64,000 bases of DNA, taken from positions 5,049-69,048 of the forward strand of contig JBGVKZ010000009.1 in NCBI GenBank assembly GCA_045124055.1. Direction: 5' to 3'. Position 1 is the stretch's first letter; each line of letters opens with the position of its first letter. Below are positions 54,259 through 62,866 of this stretch, in pieces. The notes under the pieces were generated by a model that was given only the letters and a program-made list of their open reading frames with translations, was not told the DNA's origin and made no database searches. The position numbers and the translations under genes are program-made. Source of the DNA: Lachnospiraceae bacterium (GTDB lineage: Bacteria; Bacillota; Clostridia; Lachnospirales; Lachnospiraceae).

Positions 54259-56899
54259 ATCACGAAATATTTTTCTTAGTATTTTGGTATGTCTTAGCTT
54301 GTTTCTTTCACTTCCACTGTCCTCTTTTGCCGTAGAAAAGAAAGAGGAAATAGAAACAGAGGATACGGAGAATGTTTTGACCATTTCTACGGTGGAGGAA
54401 TTTCTTGCCTTTAGTGAAAATTGTCGTTTAGATAGTTACAGTAAAGACTTAACCGTTGTTTTAAATAATGACATTGATTTAACTGACGTAGAATTTGATG
54501 GAATTCCTTTATTCTGTGGCACTTTCGAAGGGGAACACCACCGAATCAAAGGTTTATCTATCACAAGCGATGGCTCAAACAAAGGGCTTTTTCGCTATTT
54601 AGAAAAAACCGCCGTTGTCAATGATTTAATTGTAGAGGGAAAACTGTTTCCAGAGGGCAGCCGAAATGTTATTGGTGGTATTGCCGGTAATAATGCCGGT
54701 ATCATTAAAAATTGCGTATTTTCCGGCTCTGTAACTGGTTCAGATAGCATTGGTGGTTTAGTTGGTATTAACGAACTAACCGGAATCATTGAAAACTGTC
54801 AGGTATATGGTACTATTCACGGAGACCACTTTGTAGGCGGCGTTGCTGGAGAAAATAATGGTGTCATTCGTAACTGCCAGAATTTGACTAAAATTAACAC
54901 CACTGCGGAAGAAAACAGTGTTGAAATCTCGGATATTACTTTAAACTCTATGACTTCTTCCGAATCCGCTATTACCGCCACAGATATCGGTGGCGTCACT
55001 GGGTCTAATAGTGGCGTTATCCGAAATTGTGAAAACCACGGTGATATCGGTTATCAACATATTGGTTACAACATTGGTGGTATTGCCGGAAGTCAATCTG
55101 GCTATATTACTGATTGTACCAATTATGCAGATATTTTAGGTCGTAAAGAAGTCGGCGGTATTGTCGGTCAAATGGAGCCTGCTGCTACTTTTGAATATAA
55201 AGCAGATACTTTCCAGATATTAGAAGGTCAGCTAGATACCTTGGCAGACTTGACCAAACACGCTGCCACTAATTCAAACAGCGAAGCTTCTGTAAGTGAT
55301 GAAAATTTAGACAGTTTATCCAACGATATTAATAATGCCCAGAATGCTCTGGACCAGATAACTTCGGAAAATGGAACTTATGACCCAGACAGTATGACTG
55401 CTGCCCAAAATAACTTAGCAGGAAGTTTGTCCAGTATGCTTGGGACTACCGGTCAAATCGTTGAAGATAATCAATCCGCCTCTGATTCAATCAGTAGTGA
55501 TTTACAGGCAATAATCAACCAGACCAGTGCTATCAGCTCCACACTCAGCAATGCTTCTTCTAACCTTGGTGGTAGTTTTTCCGATGTCTCCGATGACGAT
55601 ACGCAGGCAGATACCATAGGTAAAGTGGCAAATTGTCTGAATCTGGGGTTCATTGGTGCTGATTTGAATGTAGGTGGTATTTCTGGTGCAGTTACTTTGG
55701 AAAATGATTTAGACCCGGAAGAAGATATTGATATCACAGGAAACGAATCGCTCAATTTTGACTATGAAGTACGTGCTGTTATCAGAAATTGTGAAAATCA
55801 AGGTACGATTGATGCCAAGAGACAAAATGCTGGCGGTATTGCAGGCTATATTTCTATTGGTCTTGTGCACAGCTCAGTAAACACTGGAAATATAAATGCC
55901 ACTGGAGCAGATTATGTAGGCGGTATCGTTGGGCAAAGCGAAGGTTATATCCGAAATTGTGATACAAAATGCATTCTCTCTGCTGCTTCTTACGTCGGTG
56001 GTATTTCCGGATTGGCCACTACGGTTTCTGATTGCCGTAGTATGATTCAAATAGAAGATGCTACTGAAAGAATCGGTGGTGTTTTAGGTCAGGCTTCTAC
56101 TGATGCCACGATTGAAAATAACTACTTCCTTCCTGTGAAAACAGATTTAGGCGGTATCGACGGTATTAGTTATGAGTCTCGTGCTAAATCGCTTTCTAAA
56201 GAAGAATTTTTTGCCCTGGAAAATATACCTTCTATGTACGAAACACAGACTCTCCGCTTTATATTTGATGGAGGTTCTAGCAAAAATATTACGGTAAATT
56301 TTGGAGAAAGAATCAACGTTTCCGATATTCCATCTGTTCCAAAGAAAGAAGGTTACAGAGGTACTTGGGAAGGATATGACGAATTGATTTCTTCTGAAAT
56401 CGTTTTTGATGCCACTTTTACCTGCGTATATACACCTTTAAATACCACGATTCAAAGCCGGGATTTGAGTGAAAATGGATTACCTATCCTATTAGCTCAG
56501 GGGGAATTTGTAACGGAAAATTCCATTTTCCTTTCTGCTTTGGAAGAAGATTTACCACATAAGGTGGGAGATTCCGTGATTGAAAAATACGAATTTACCC
56601 TGCCAAGAAGCAATACACCTATTACTTTGCGTTGTTTATTACCACAAGGCTATGACCCAAAGAACGTTTCCTTATTCGTTCGCGATGCAGACGACAACTG
56701 GAATAAGGTCGACTTTGAAGTAAAAGGCAGTTATCTGGTCTTCTCCATTGATGAGGGGGATAACGCATTTTATTCGGTATATAATAAGACCCACTACCTA
56801 TTTGAGCTTGCCATAGGTAGTGCCGGTATTTCGATTGTTGTCATTCTTTTATTTAATGCAATCATTCGAAAAAATAAGAGGAAAAAGAAAGTAAAATAG
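54251..56899 (+). CDS. GLUG-motif repeat surface protein with signal peptide and C-terminal TM anchor
   Basis: The ATG at 54251 overlaps the MMPL stop by 8 nt, with a GGAGG RBS at 54238-54242. Signal peptide: MRKSRNIFLSILVCLSLFLSLPLSSFA. There are 11 GG[IVL]xG repeat cores in two blocks (6 + 5), separated by an S/N/D-rich linker. C-terminal TM helix plus RKNKRKKKVK. Confidence 0.85.
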   Translation: MRKSRNIFLSILVCLSLFLSLPLSSFAVEKKEEIETEDTENVLTISTVEEFLAFSENCRLDSYSKDLTVVLNNDIDLTDVEFDGIPLFCGTFEGEHHRIKGLSITSDGSNKGLFRYLEKTAVVNDLIVEGKLFPEGSRNVIGGIAGNNAGIIKNCVFSGSVTGSDSIGGLVGINELTGIIENCQVYGTIHGDHFVGGVAGENNGVIRNCQNLTKINTTAEENSVEISDITLNSMTSSESAITATDIGGVTGSNSGVIRNCENHGDIGYQHIGYNIGGIAGSQSGYITDCTNYADILGRKEVGGIVGQMEPAATFEYKADTFQILEGQLDTLADLTKHAATNSNSEASVSDENLDSLSNDINNAQNALDQITSENGTYDPDSMTAAQNNLAGSLSSMLGTTGQIVEDNQSASDSISSDLQAIINQTSAISSTLSNASSNLGGSFSDVSDDDTQADTIGKVANCLNLGFIGADLNVGGISGAVTLENDLDPEEDIDITGNESLNFDYEVRAVIRNCENQGTIDAKRQNAGGIAGYISIGLVHSSVNTGNINATGADYVGGIVGQSEGYIRNCDTKCILSAASYVGGISGLATTVSDCRSMIQIEDATERIGGVLGQASTDATIENNYFLPVKTDLGGIDGISYESRAKSLSKEEFFALENIPSMYETQTLRFIFDGGSSKNITVNFGERINVSDIPSVPKKEGYRGTWEGYDELISSEIVFDATFTCVYTPLNTTIQSRDLSENGLPILLAQGEFVTENSIFLSALEEDLPHKVGDSVIEKYEFTLPRSNTPITLRCLLPQGYDPKNVSLFVRDADDNWNKVDFEVKGSYLVFSIDEGDNAFYSVYNKTHYLFELAIGSAGISIVVILLFNAIIRKNKRKKKVK

Positions 56900-56914
56900 G
56901 AAATAGCGAAGTAT

Positions 56915-57680
56915 AATCATGACCACCCGTCCAACGGGTGGTTTGCTCGCCCCTATAAGGGGCAGTTACCGGCCAGCGCCTAAAGACGCTGGCTTTCACT
57001 TTGTTCAAGCCTTTAACGCCCTTGACTCGTCGCAGCCCTTGAAAGGGCGCTTGTATTACCGGCTACCCCTTGAAGGGGTCTTCATACTCTTTTACACTTA
57101 ATTTGTCCATTGCAATATCGTAACTCTCTTGCTCTTGTATATACTTTTTAATGGTTGCCTCATTAAGCCCCACTGTGCTTACATAATATCCTTCTGCCCA
57201 GAAATGTCTGTTCCCGAATTTATATTTCAGGTTTGCGTGCTTGTCGAATATCATTAATGCACTTTTCCCTTTTAGATATCCCATAAACTGTGATACACTT
57301 ATTTTGGGTGGAATACTCACTAACATATGGATGTGGTCTGACATCAGATGTCCTTCTATAATTTCCACTCCCTTATATGCGCATAGTTGTTTTATTATTT
57401 CCCTTATACTTTCTTTGTATTGATTATAAATAACTTTTCTCCTATACTTTGGAGTGAACACTATGTGGTACTTACACGTCCATTTAGTGTGTGCTAAACT
57501 ATTTGCCTTATTGGCCATTAAGATCACCTTTCCTTTCGCTATAAATTGGCTTGAACAACCTCATTATAGCGGAAAGGTGATTTTTTTGTATAACAAGCGA
57601 CGCGCACCCGCATAGCGGGTGGTTGTATATTTCGGGCGTACTTCGTTTCTCTTTTGAGAAACTCGTTACAACGCCCTCAA
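56915..57680 (-). mobile_element. IS200/IS605-family insertion sequence (tnpA only), apparently intact
   Basis: Y1 transposase gene flanked by related subterminal hairpins: accacccg-tccaa-cgggtggt (56922-56942) and cacccgc-ata-gcgggtg (57605-57621). The ends are GC-rich and contrast with the AT-rich host. The exact boundaries were not determined. Confidence 0.8.
57063..57518 (-). CDS. tnpA: IS200/IS605 family Y1 (HUH) transposase TnpA
   Basis: KYHIVFTPKYRRK, the HUH motif (DHIHMLVSIPP) and the catalytic Tyr region (YYVSTVG). The ATG at 57518 (MANKAN) has AAGGAAAGGTGA upstream. Confidence 0.93.
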   Translation of the reverse strand: MANKANSLAHTKWTCKYHIVFTPKYRRKVIYNQYKESIREIIKQLCAYKGVEIIEGHLMSDHIHMLVSIPPKISVSQFMGYLKGKSALMIFDKHANLKYKFGNRHFWAEGYYVSTVGLNEATIKKYIQEQESYDIAMDKLSVKEYEDPFKG

Positions 57681-57694
57681 CAGGCTAAAGCCCA

Positions 57695-57737
57695 TAATCA
57701 AATGTGAGAGGTCAACCCTTAGCTGACCTCTCACATA
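57695..57737 (-). terminator. hairpin at the 3' end of the MBL-fold gene (probable terminator)
   Basis: atgtgagaggtca (57702-57714) pairs with tgacctctcacat (57724-57736). It spans the stop codon. On the minus strand it is followed by a weak T-run (tttgatt). Confidence 0.45.
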
Positions 57738-58494
57738 CTTTATTTTTCTTATATAAGATAACTGGAACTCTGTTATCTATAATTTTCCCCTGTATCCCTT
57801 TATTTTTATGAACAATCTCTTTCACCAGGTCAATAAGTTTCTGTGTTTCCTCTCTGGTTTGTTTTCCTTTAGAATGCCCGCCATAAGCGGTATATCCCAT
57901 ATCATAGTAGGATAATATGGTTTTGGCACTACTTAGCCACTTTTCCAAAGAAGTTGCTCCTGGCAAATGCATCCACAAACAATAATTGGTATTGTCCCCT
58001 GTAAACATAAGTTTTGCCTCTGTATCCAGAAAAATTACAGAGCCTCTTGTATGTCCCGGAACAGCTTTGACTAAAATCTTTCGATTTCCAAGGTCAAATT
58101 GGTGTCCATCCTGCATTGTCATAATTTTATAATGTTTTCTCTTTAAATGGTCGTCTATTTGAGCTCCTAGAATTTTCAACATTCTTTTACTAACTAAAGG
58201 GGCTGACATGACACCATAAAGGGGCTTATTGTCATCTTCATGAACGTAGTAAGAACCAAATTGCCAAGCTCCGCCAGCGTGGTCAGGGTGTCTATGAGTT
58301 ACAGCCACAATAATCGGCTTCTTTGTCAATTTACTCACTGCCTCTTTTAAATTACCTGCACCACAACCTGTATCGATGAGCAATGCTTTTTCTTTCCCAA
58401 TCAATAAGTAACAATTTGCTACGCCACTTTCGTCAATTCTATATGTGTTATCTGCAATTTTTTCTGCCACATATTGCTCGTTCAGTCGAATCAT
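57712..58494 (-). CDS. MBL-fold metallo-hydrolase
   Basis: THRHPDHAGG zinc motif; 260 aa. Confidence 0.88.
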   Translation of the reverse strand: MIRLNEQYVAEKIADNTYRIDESGVANCYLLIGKEKALLIDTGCGAGNLKEAVSKLTKKPIIVAVTHRHPDHAGGAWQFGSYYVHEDDNKPLYGVMSAPLVSKRMLKILGAQIDDHLKRKHYKIMTMQDGHQFDLGNRKILVKAVPGHTRGSVIFLDTEAKLMFTGDNTNYCLWMHLPGATSLEKWLSSAKTILSYYDMGYTAYGGHSKGKQTREETQKLIDLVKEIVHKNKGIQGKIIDNRVPVILYKKNKVCERSAKG

Positions 58495-58618
58495 CTTTTT
58501 ACTCCTTTTTCCTTAAAAAGTGTTGAAACTCATTCTTCTCTTTCCAAGTATTTGAAGTTTTTGGATAATTATTCCTTCTTTTTATAAGAATTGACGAATA
58601 TATATAGTTTTTATTAGA

Positions 58619-59365
58619 CTAAGACCGGCACGCACCATCAACAGACAAGATTTCACCCGTCACATAATTTGCCAAATCACTGGCTAAAAACAAAAAGGCA
58701 TTTGCTACTTCTTCCGGTTCACCAGGTCTACCTAGTGGAATTTTCGCTGAAATCCTTTCTACCATTTCTGGCGGAAGGGAAGCCACCATATCGGTTTTGG
58801 TAACTCCCGGTGCTACAGCATTTACACGGATATTATCCCGCCCTAATTCTCTGGCTAATGAAAGAGTCATTCCACTAACCGCGAATTTACTGGTGGGATA
58901 TCCGACTCCGGACGGCTGCCCAGAAATACTTACCATAGAACTGGTGTTAATAATGCAACCGCCGCCTTGTACTTTCATAATTTTTACTGTTGGCAAAATC
59001 GTATAAAATAATGCTTTTACATTTAAGTCGATGATTTTATCAAAATCTTCTACTTTATAGTCATAAATAGAGGTACTTTGGGAAATTCCTGCATTATTAA
59101 CAAGGATATCTATACGTCCAAACTTCTTATAAACCTTAAGCACCGCATCTTCTACTTCTGCCGGGTCAGTTAATTTGGGGCACATTCCTTCTACTTCCCA
59201 TGTTACATCTTCGTCTCTTAGTTTGAAAATAGCTTTATCTACGGTTTCCTCTCTAGAACCAAAAAGAACTACCTTAGCTCCATTTTGTAAATACTTTCGT
59301 ACAACTTCGTAGCCAATTCCTCTTGTTCCACCGGTTACAATCGCAACTTTGTCTTTCAGTAACAT
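58619..59365 (-). CDS. SDR-family oxidoreductase (FabG-like)
   Basis: TGGTRGIG, NNAG and YPTSK motifs. The start is at the ATG at 59365, with GGAGG 8 nt upstream. The track ORF extends to 59392. Confidence 0.9.
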   Translation of the reverse strand: MLLKDKVAIVTGGTRGIGYEVVRKYLQNGAKVVLFGSREETVDKAIFKLRDEDVTWEVEGMCPKLTDPAEVEDAVLKVYKKFGRIDILVNNAGISQSTSIYDYKVEDFDKIIDLNVKALFYTILPTVKIMKVQGGGCIINTSSMVSISGQPSGVGYPTSKFAVSGMTLSLARELGRDNIRVNAVAPGVTKTDMVASLPPEMVERISAKIPLGRPGEPEEVANAFLFLASDLANYVTGEILSVDGACRS

Positions 59366-59405
59366 ATGCATACCTCCTTCAATATATTTCATTTTCTACT
59401 CTACA

Positions 59406-59780
59406 TTATTTCGGCACTCCATATACCAGAAAATAGACTATCATAGATATAATATCTACTGTAATAAATACCGCCGCGAATATTCCAATCATCTTTAAAG
59501 CTTTTTCAGCAATTCTCTTATTTCCCGAAGTATTGATTTTGGGAATACTCTGTGTTGGTTCTTCTTTCATATCCTCTTTCGTTTCTTTTCCCACTACCAA
59601 CTCATCTAAAGAAATTCCAAACAAATCGCTGATGGCAACTAGTTTTTCCATATCCGGTGTGGAATCACCCACCTCCCACTTCGATATGGTCTGTCTTGTA
59701 ACATTCAGCCTATTTGCCAGTTCTTCCTGCGATAACCCTTTTTTCTTTCTAAGTTCATATAATCGGTTGCTAAACTCCAT
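59406..59780 (-). CDS. XRE-family HTH regulator with C-terminal TM helix
   Basis: LRKKKGLSQEELANRLNVTRQTISKWE HTH and a C-terminal hydrophobic helix (IGIFAAVFITVDIISMIVYFLVY). Confidence 0.85.
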   Translation of the reverse strand: MEFSNRLYELRKKKGLSQEELANRLNVTRQTISKWEVGDSTPDMEKLVAISDLFGISLDELVVGKETKEDMKEEPTQSIPKINTSGNKRIAEKALKMIGIFAAVFITVDIISMIVYFLVYGVPK

Positions 59781-59781
59781 T

Positions 59782-60708
59782 TTATTTCTCCACTTTACTT
59801 TTTTGATAGCATTTTGCTAATATTACTATCACTACACCTAAAACAATGGCAGTCACAATACTTGCTTCGATGCCATACTGTCCACCATTTATTATACTCT
59901 CATTGTCTACCTGAAAGCAAATAACTCCTGACGCATTTTCACCACTTCCGCTGACTGAAAGTCCAAACACACCATAAAGTATGAAGTTCCAGATACTATG
60001 TAATCCACAGGCCACCCAAATATTCTTTCTCCATAGTACCAGAAGTGAAAAAATTGTTGCAATGAAATATAAATTGATTGTTCCAACTATGGCATATTCT
60101 AATTTTGCTTCAAAAAGAGTAGAAAAATGTGGATATGCAAATGCCGTAGCACTGACTAAGATAGTCAAAACCGTTGGGATTTTTCTGTCTAAGGCATGCA
60201 TTAAAAATCCACGACACATAGTTTCTTCTGCCATTCCCTGAACAATAAATCCACCTAACAACGCCAGCAAATATAACCAGTCAGTATTCTTTCCAAGTCC
60301 CATATATGAGCTTTTGCCAAGTAAACATATCGCTACCATAATCACTGTCAAAAGTACGATTGCTATGCCAGTACCCAAGATATAGTCTAACACTCGTTTA
60401 TTAAATCCCATTGACTTAAGTGGTCGTTTTTCGATAATTTTCCAAAAGAGAATGGTAATTGCTATATGAACAATATATCCATAATATGTCATCAGGTTCA
60501 TCACATTAGCACCGGGCATTTCCCCTTGCATAAAATTATAACCATTGAAAAGAAGTCCTGCAATAACGATTCCCTCCGCCACCAAAGCAGATACCATAAA
60601 AATAACACAAAAAGCCAGCACCTTTTTTACCATATATACGACTGCCGGCATCTCGTCCATATTGTTAAATGGATTAAGCATTTTTACACATTTTTTAATT
60701 TGATTCAT
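59782..60708 (-). CDS. CPBP-family intramembrane glutamic endopeptidase (CAAX/Abi-like)
   Basis: EETMCRGF (EExxxR), FAYPH and HSIWN motifs; multiple TM helices. The ATG at 60708 has AAGGAGGA 6 nt upstream. The stop lies 1 nt before the XRE gene start. Confidence 0.85.
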   Translation of the reverse strand: MNQIKKCVKMLNPFNNMDEMPAVVYMVKKVLAFCVIFMVSALVAEGIVIAGLLFNGYNFMQGEMPGANVMNLMTYYGYIVHIAITILFWKIIEKRPLKSMGFNKRVLDYILGTGIAIVLLTVIMVAICLLGKSSYMGLGKNTDWLYLLALLGGFIVQGMAEETMCRGFLMHALDRKIPTVLTILVSATAFAYPHFSTLFEAKLEYAIVGTINLYFIATIFSLLVLWRKNIWVACGLHSIWNFILYGVFGLSVSGSGENASGVICFQVDNESIINGGQYGIEASIVTAIVLGVVIVILAKCYQKSKVEK

Positions 60709-60805
60709 TGTTTTTCCTCCTTGATAGAAATGTTTTTCATAGTAAAATTGTATCAACTATCCCTATCAAATTTCTACCAAGGAGCTTTTGCAATCTGTCA
60801 ATGGT

Positions 60806-60825
60806 AATTAACATTTGTGTTAATT
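60806..60825. promoter_or_regulatory. perfect inverted repeat upstream of the CPBP-XRE operon (candidate operator)
   Basis: AATTAACA-tttg-TGTTAATT. On the minus strand it lies immediately upstream of a TTGACA hexamer. Confidence 0.35.
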
Positions 60826-60878
60826 TGCGTAGAATGGGCAAAAAAACGGTTTTAATACCATTTACTTGTGGCAGAGAT

Positions 60879-61529
60879 TTATGCCCTCCATACATTCAAA
60901 AATACTTCTTCTATACTGTCTCCTACGAACACTTTATCAAAATCATCAAATTCTTCTCTGGTTGTAGTTCCAGTCAACACCGCAGCGAAATCAACACCCG
61001 CATTTTGAGCTGTTTTCGCATCAACTAAGCTATCTCCTACATATAAAATTTCGTCACGTTCCACTTGAAGCCGGGTAATAGCGTATAATAATCCTTCTGG
61101 ATTTGGCTTTGCTTCTTTTACGTCTTCTCCGCCAACAATTAAGTCTATCCATTTTGTTGCATCAAACTTAGTGAGTATCTGTTCAATTCTATAATGAAAT
61201 TTCGTCGTAACGATAGCAATCTTATATCCTTTTTCGTGCAAATTTCCAAGTACTTTTTTAACACCCTTATATAACTGTGTGTTTTCCACCATGACTTGGT
61301 CTGCTTTTTCTTTAAATAATTGGCTAAACAGCTCTGCTTCTTCCAAATTGTCCATTTGAGTCAACGCCCTATATGTATCTTTTAAAGATAGTCCTATGGT
61401 CTTTTTAATCGTTTCAAGTTCTTCCCTCTTATAACCTAACTTTTCTAATGCATAGTTTATACTCAACGCAATACCATTCGTGGAATCGCCTAAAGTATAA
61501 TCAAAATCAAAAATAATTGCTTTTAACAT
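60879..61529 (-). CDS. HAD-family hydrolase (phosphoglycolate phosphatase-like)
   Basis: Motif I (IIFDFDYTL), motif II (VTTK) and motif IV (YVGDSLVD). The ATG at 61529 has GAGGGA 4 nt upstream. The track ORF extends to 61610. Confidence 0.88.
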   Translation of the reverse strand: MLKAIIFDFDYTLGDSTNGIALSINYALEKLGYKREELETIKKTIGLSLKDTYRALTQMDNLEEAELFSQLFKEKADQVMVENTQLYKGVKKVLGNLHEKGYKIAIVTTKFHYRIEQILTKFDATKWIDLIVGGEDVKEAKPNPEGLLYAITRLQVERDEILYVGDSLVDAKTAQNAGVDFAAVLTGTTTREEFDDFDKVFVGDSIEEVFLNVWRA

Positions 61530-61567
61530 CTTTTCCCTCACGCAATAAATTATTTTATTATGCCGTT

Positions 61568-61981
61568 TTATAATACCATAACCAAAGTTCCAATTCCTAT
61601 TAGAACACAACCAATCAAAGATTTCATTGTAAATTCTTCATGTAAAAAAACAAAGGCTAAAATCAAGGTAATTACCACACTCAATTTATCAATCGATACA
61701 ACCTTTGAGGCATCTCCAATCTGTAACGCTTTGTAGTAGCATAACCAGGAAGCTCCAGTTGCAAGTCCTGATAAAATCAGGAATACCCAGCTTTTTTTAC
61801 TAATTTCCGCTAAGCCTGACTGTGCGTGTGTTAGAAAAACCATTCCCCACGCCATAACGACTACTACAACGGTTCTGATAGCGGTAGCTAAATTAGAGTT
61901 AACACCTTCAATTCCAACCTTTGCCAAAATTGATGTCAATGCAGCAAAAACTGCCGACAATAATGCTAATACAAACCACAT
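61568..61981 (-). CDS. single-EamA-domain small DMT membrane protein
   Basis: About 137 aa, 4-5 TM helices, with FAALTSILAKVG and LSVVITLILAFVFLHE. The ATG at 61981 has GGAGGA upstream. Confidence 0.8.
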   Translation of the reverse strand: MWFVLALLSAVFAALTSILAKVGIEGVNSNLATAIRTVVVVVMAWGMVFLTHAQSGLAEISKKSWVFLILSGLATGASWLCYYKALQIGDASKVVSIDKLSVVITLILAFVFLHEEFTMKSLIGCVLIGIGTLVMVL

Positions 61982-62142
61982 ACCCTTTTCCTCCTGAGTG
62001 TTATGAGAATTTCTATCACTCATTATATAATAATCCATTTTTTACCACAATATCTTTAATTTCAGCAAAAAGTATATTTTCTCTCTTTTTTTCAAATACT
62101 ATGAAAGCAACTTTAAATTTCTTAAAAAGAATGGAGAAGTAA

Positions 62143-62463
62143 ATGAATATCGATAAAAAAGAAACAGCTGTAAAGGACGCTGGCAAAACACTCGCCTATG
62201 CCGCACTTGACGAAATTCCAACCCCTAAAGCAGATGCCAAAGAAATTGTAGGCTTGGTAAAATCCAGTGGAAAGATAACTGGGTATCAGCTTTCAGACGG
62301 ACAAGTTGTATCAAAAGAACAGGGCGTCGCTATGGCTAAAAGTGGTGACATTTATGGGGTGGGCGTTGCTCACCGTAATGATTCAGAATATTTAAAGGCT
62401 TTACCAGATGGAAAAGAAAATAACAATTTAGGTAATCTACCTTCAGTCAGCAAGAAAGAGTAG
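62143..62463 (+). CDS. DUF3892-type small protein
   Basis: ITGYQLSDGQVVSKEQGVAMAKSGDIYGV...YLKALPDGKENNNLGNLP resembles the DUF3892 signature as I recall it. Confidence 0.72.
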   Translation: MNIDKKETAVKDAGKTLAYAALDEIPTPKADAKEIVGLVKSSGKITGYQLSDGQVVSKEQGVAMAKSGDIYGVGVAHRNDSEYLKALPDGKENNNLGNLPSVSKKE

Positions 62464-62490
62464 CAAAATGCTACTCTTTCTTACCTTGTT
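62452..62490 (+). terminator. hairpin at the end of the DUF3892 gene
   Basis: aagaaagagtagc (62452-62464) pairs with gctactctttctt (62470-62482), loop aaaat. The downstream T-run is weak. Confidence 0.45.
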
Positions 62491-62504
62491 ATAATCTTGA
62501 ATAT

Positions 62505-62604
62505 ACCGCTGATACTGTGTTTTCATTTAATTGTAAAAGATATTTTTTTCCCTATACTCCTCTGGTAAGTGCCATTGTACTGTGGGTGTTTGGGAGCGTC
62601 AAGG
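62505..62604. repeat. about 100-nt dispersed direct repeat, copy A
   Basis: About 95% identical to 63661-63761 by hand alignment (4 substitutions and 1 indel). It contains the minus-strand pair TTGACG-N17-TACAAT (62597-62602 / 62574-62579). Confidence 0.85.
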
Positions 62605-62620
62605 GAATATTATAGTTTTG

Positions 62621-62866
62621 TTACATCTTTGAAATTTCTATTGTTGGTTCCCATTCAGTAACAATATCAATATTGTAATTTTGAGTAATTACAACATAAT
62701 GTTTCAAATTTAAAATTTCTCCATAACCCTCAGAAATTTGATTTATTTTTTCTGCAAATTCACCATCTTGCACCTCATAAATTATATTTTCAAAATCGTT
62801 ATCCTTATATTTCTGTATTTCATTTTCAGAATAAAGTTTGCCTTGTACAATTCCTTCATCAAACAT
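62621..62866 (-). CDS. small acidic hypothetical protein (cassette-type)
   Basis: The ORF track gives 62621-62914. The first ATG is at 62866 (MFDEGIVQGKLY...). The upstream part may be the frameshifted continuation of ORF 62782-63057. Confidence 0.45.
   Translation of the reverse strand: MFDEGIVQGKLYSENEIQKYKDNDFENIIYEVQDGEFAEKINQISEGYGEILNLKHYVVITQNYNIDIVTEWEPTIEISKM

Noticed and set aside
56919-57101. 60-aa plus-strand ORF (MTTRPTGG...) in the IS200 end
   Set aside because: It is built entirely from the GC-rich hairpin array and overlaps the tnpA 3' end. It is an artefact of palindromic DNA.
62464-62545. 27-aa ORF (MKTQYQRYIQDYNKV...) starting inside repeat copy A on the minus strand
   Set aside because: The ATG is not conserved in copy B (aaatGaaa versus aaatCaaa), and the reading frame runs into the terminator stem of the convergent gene.
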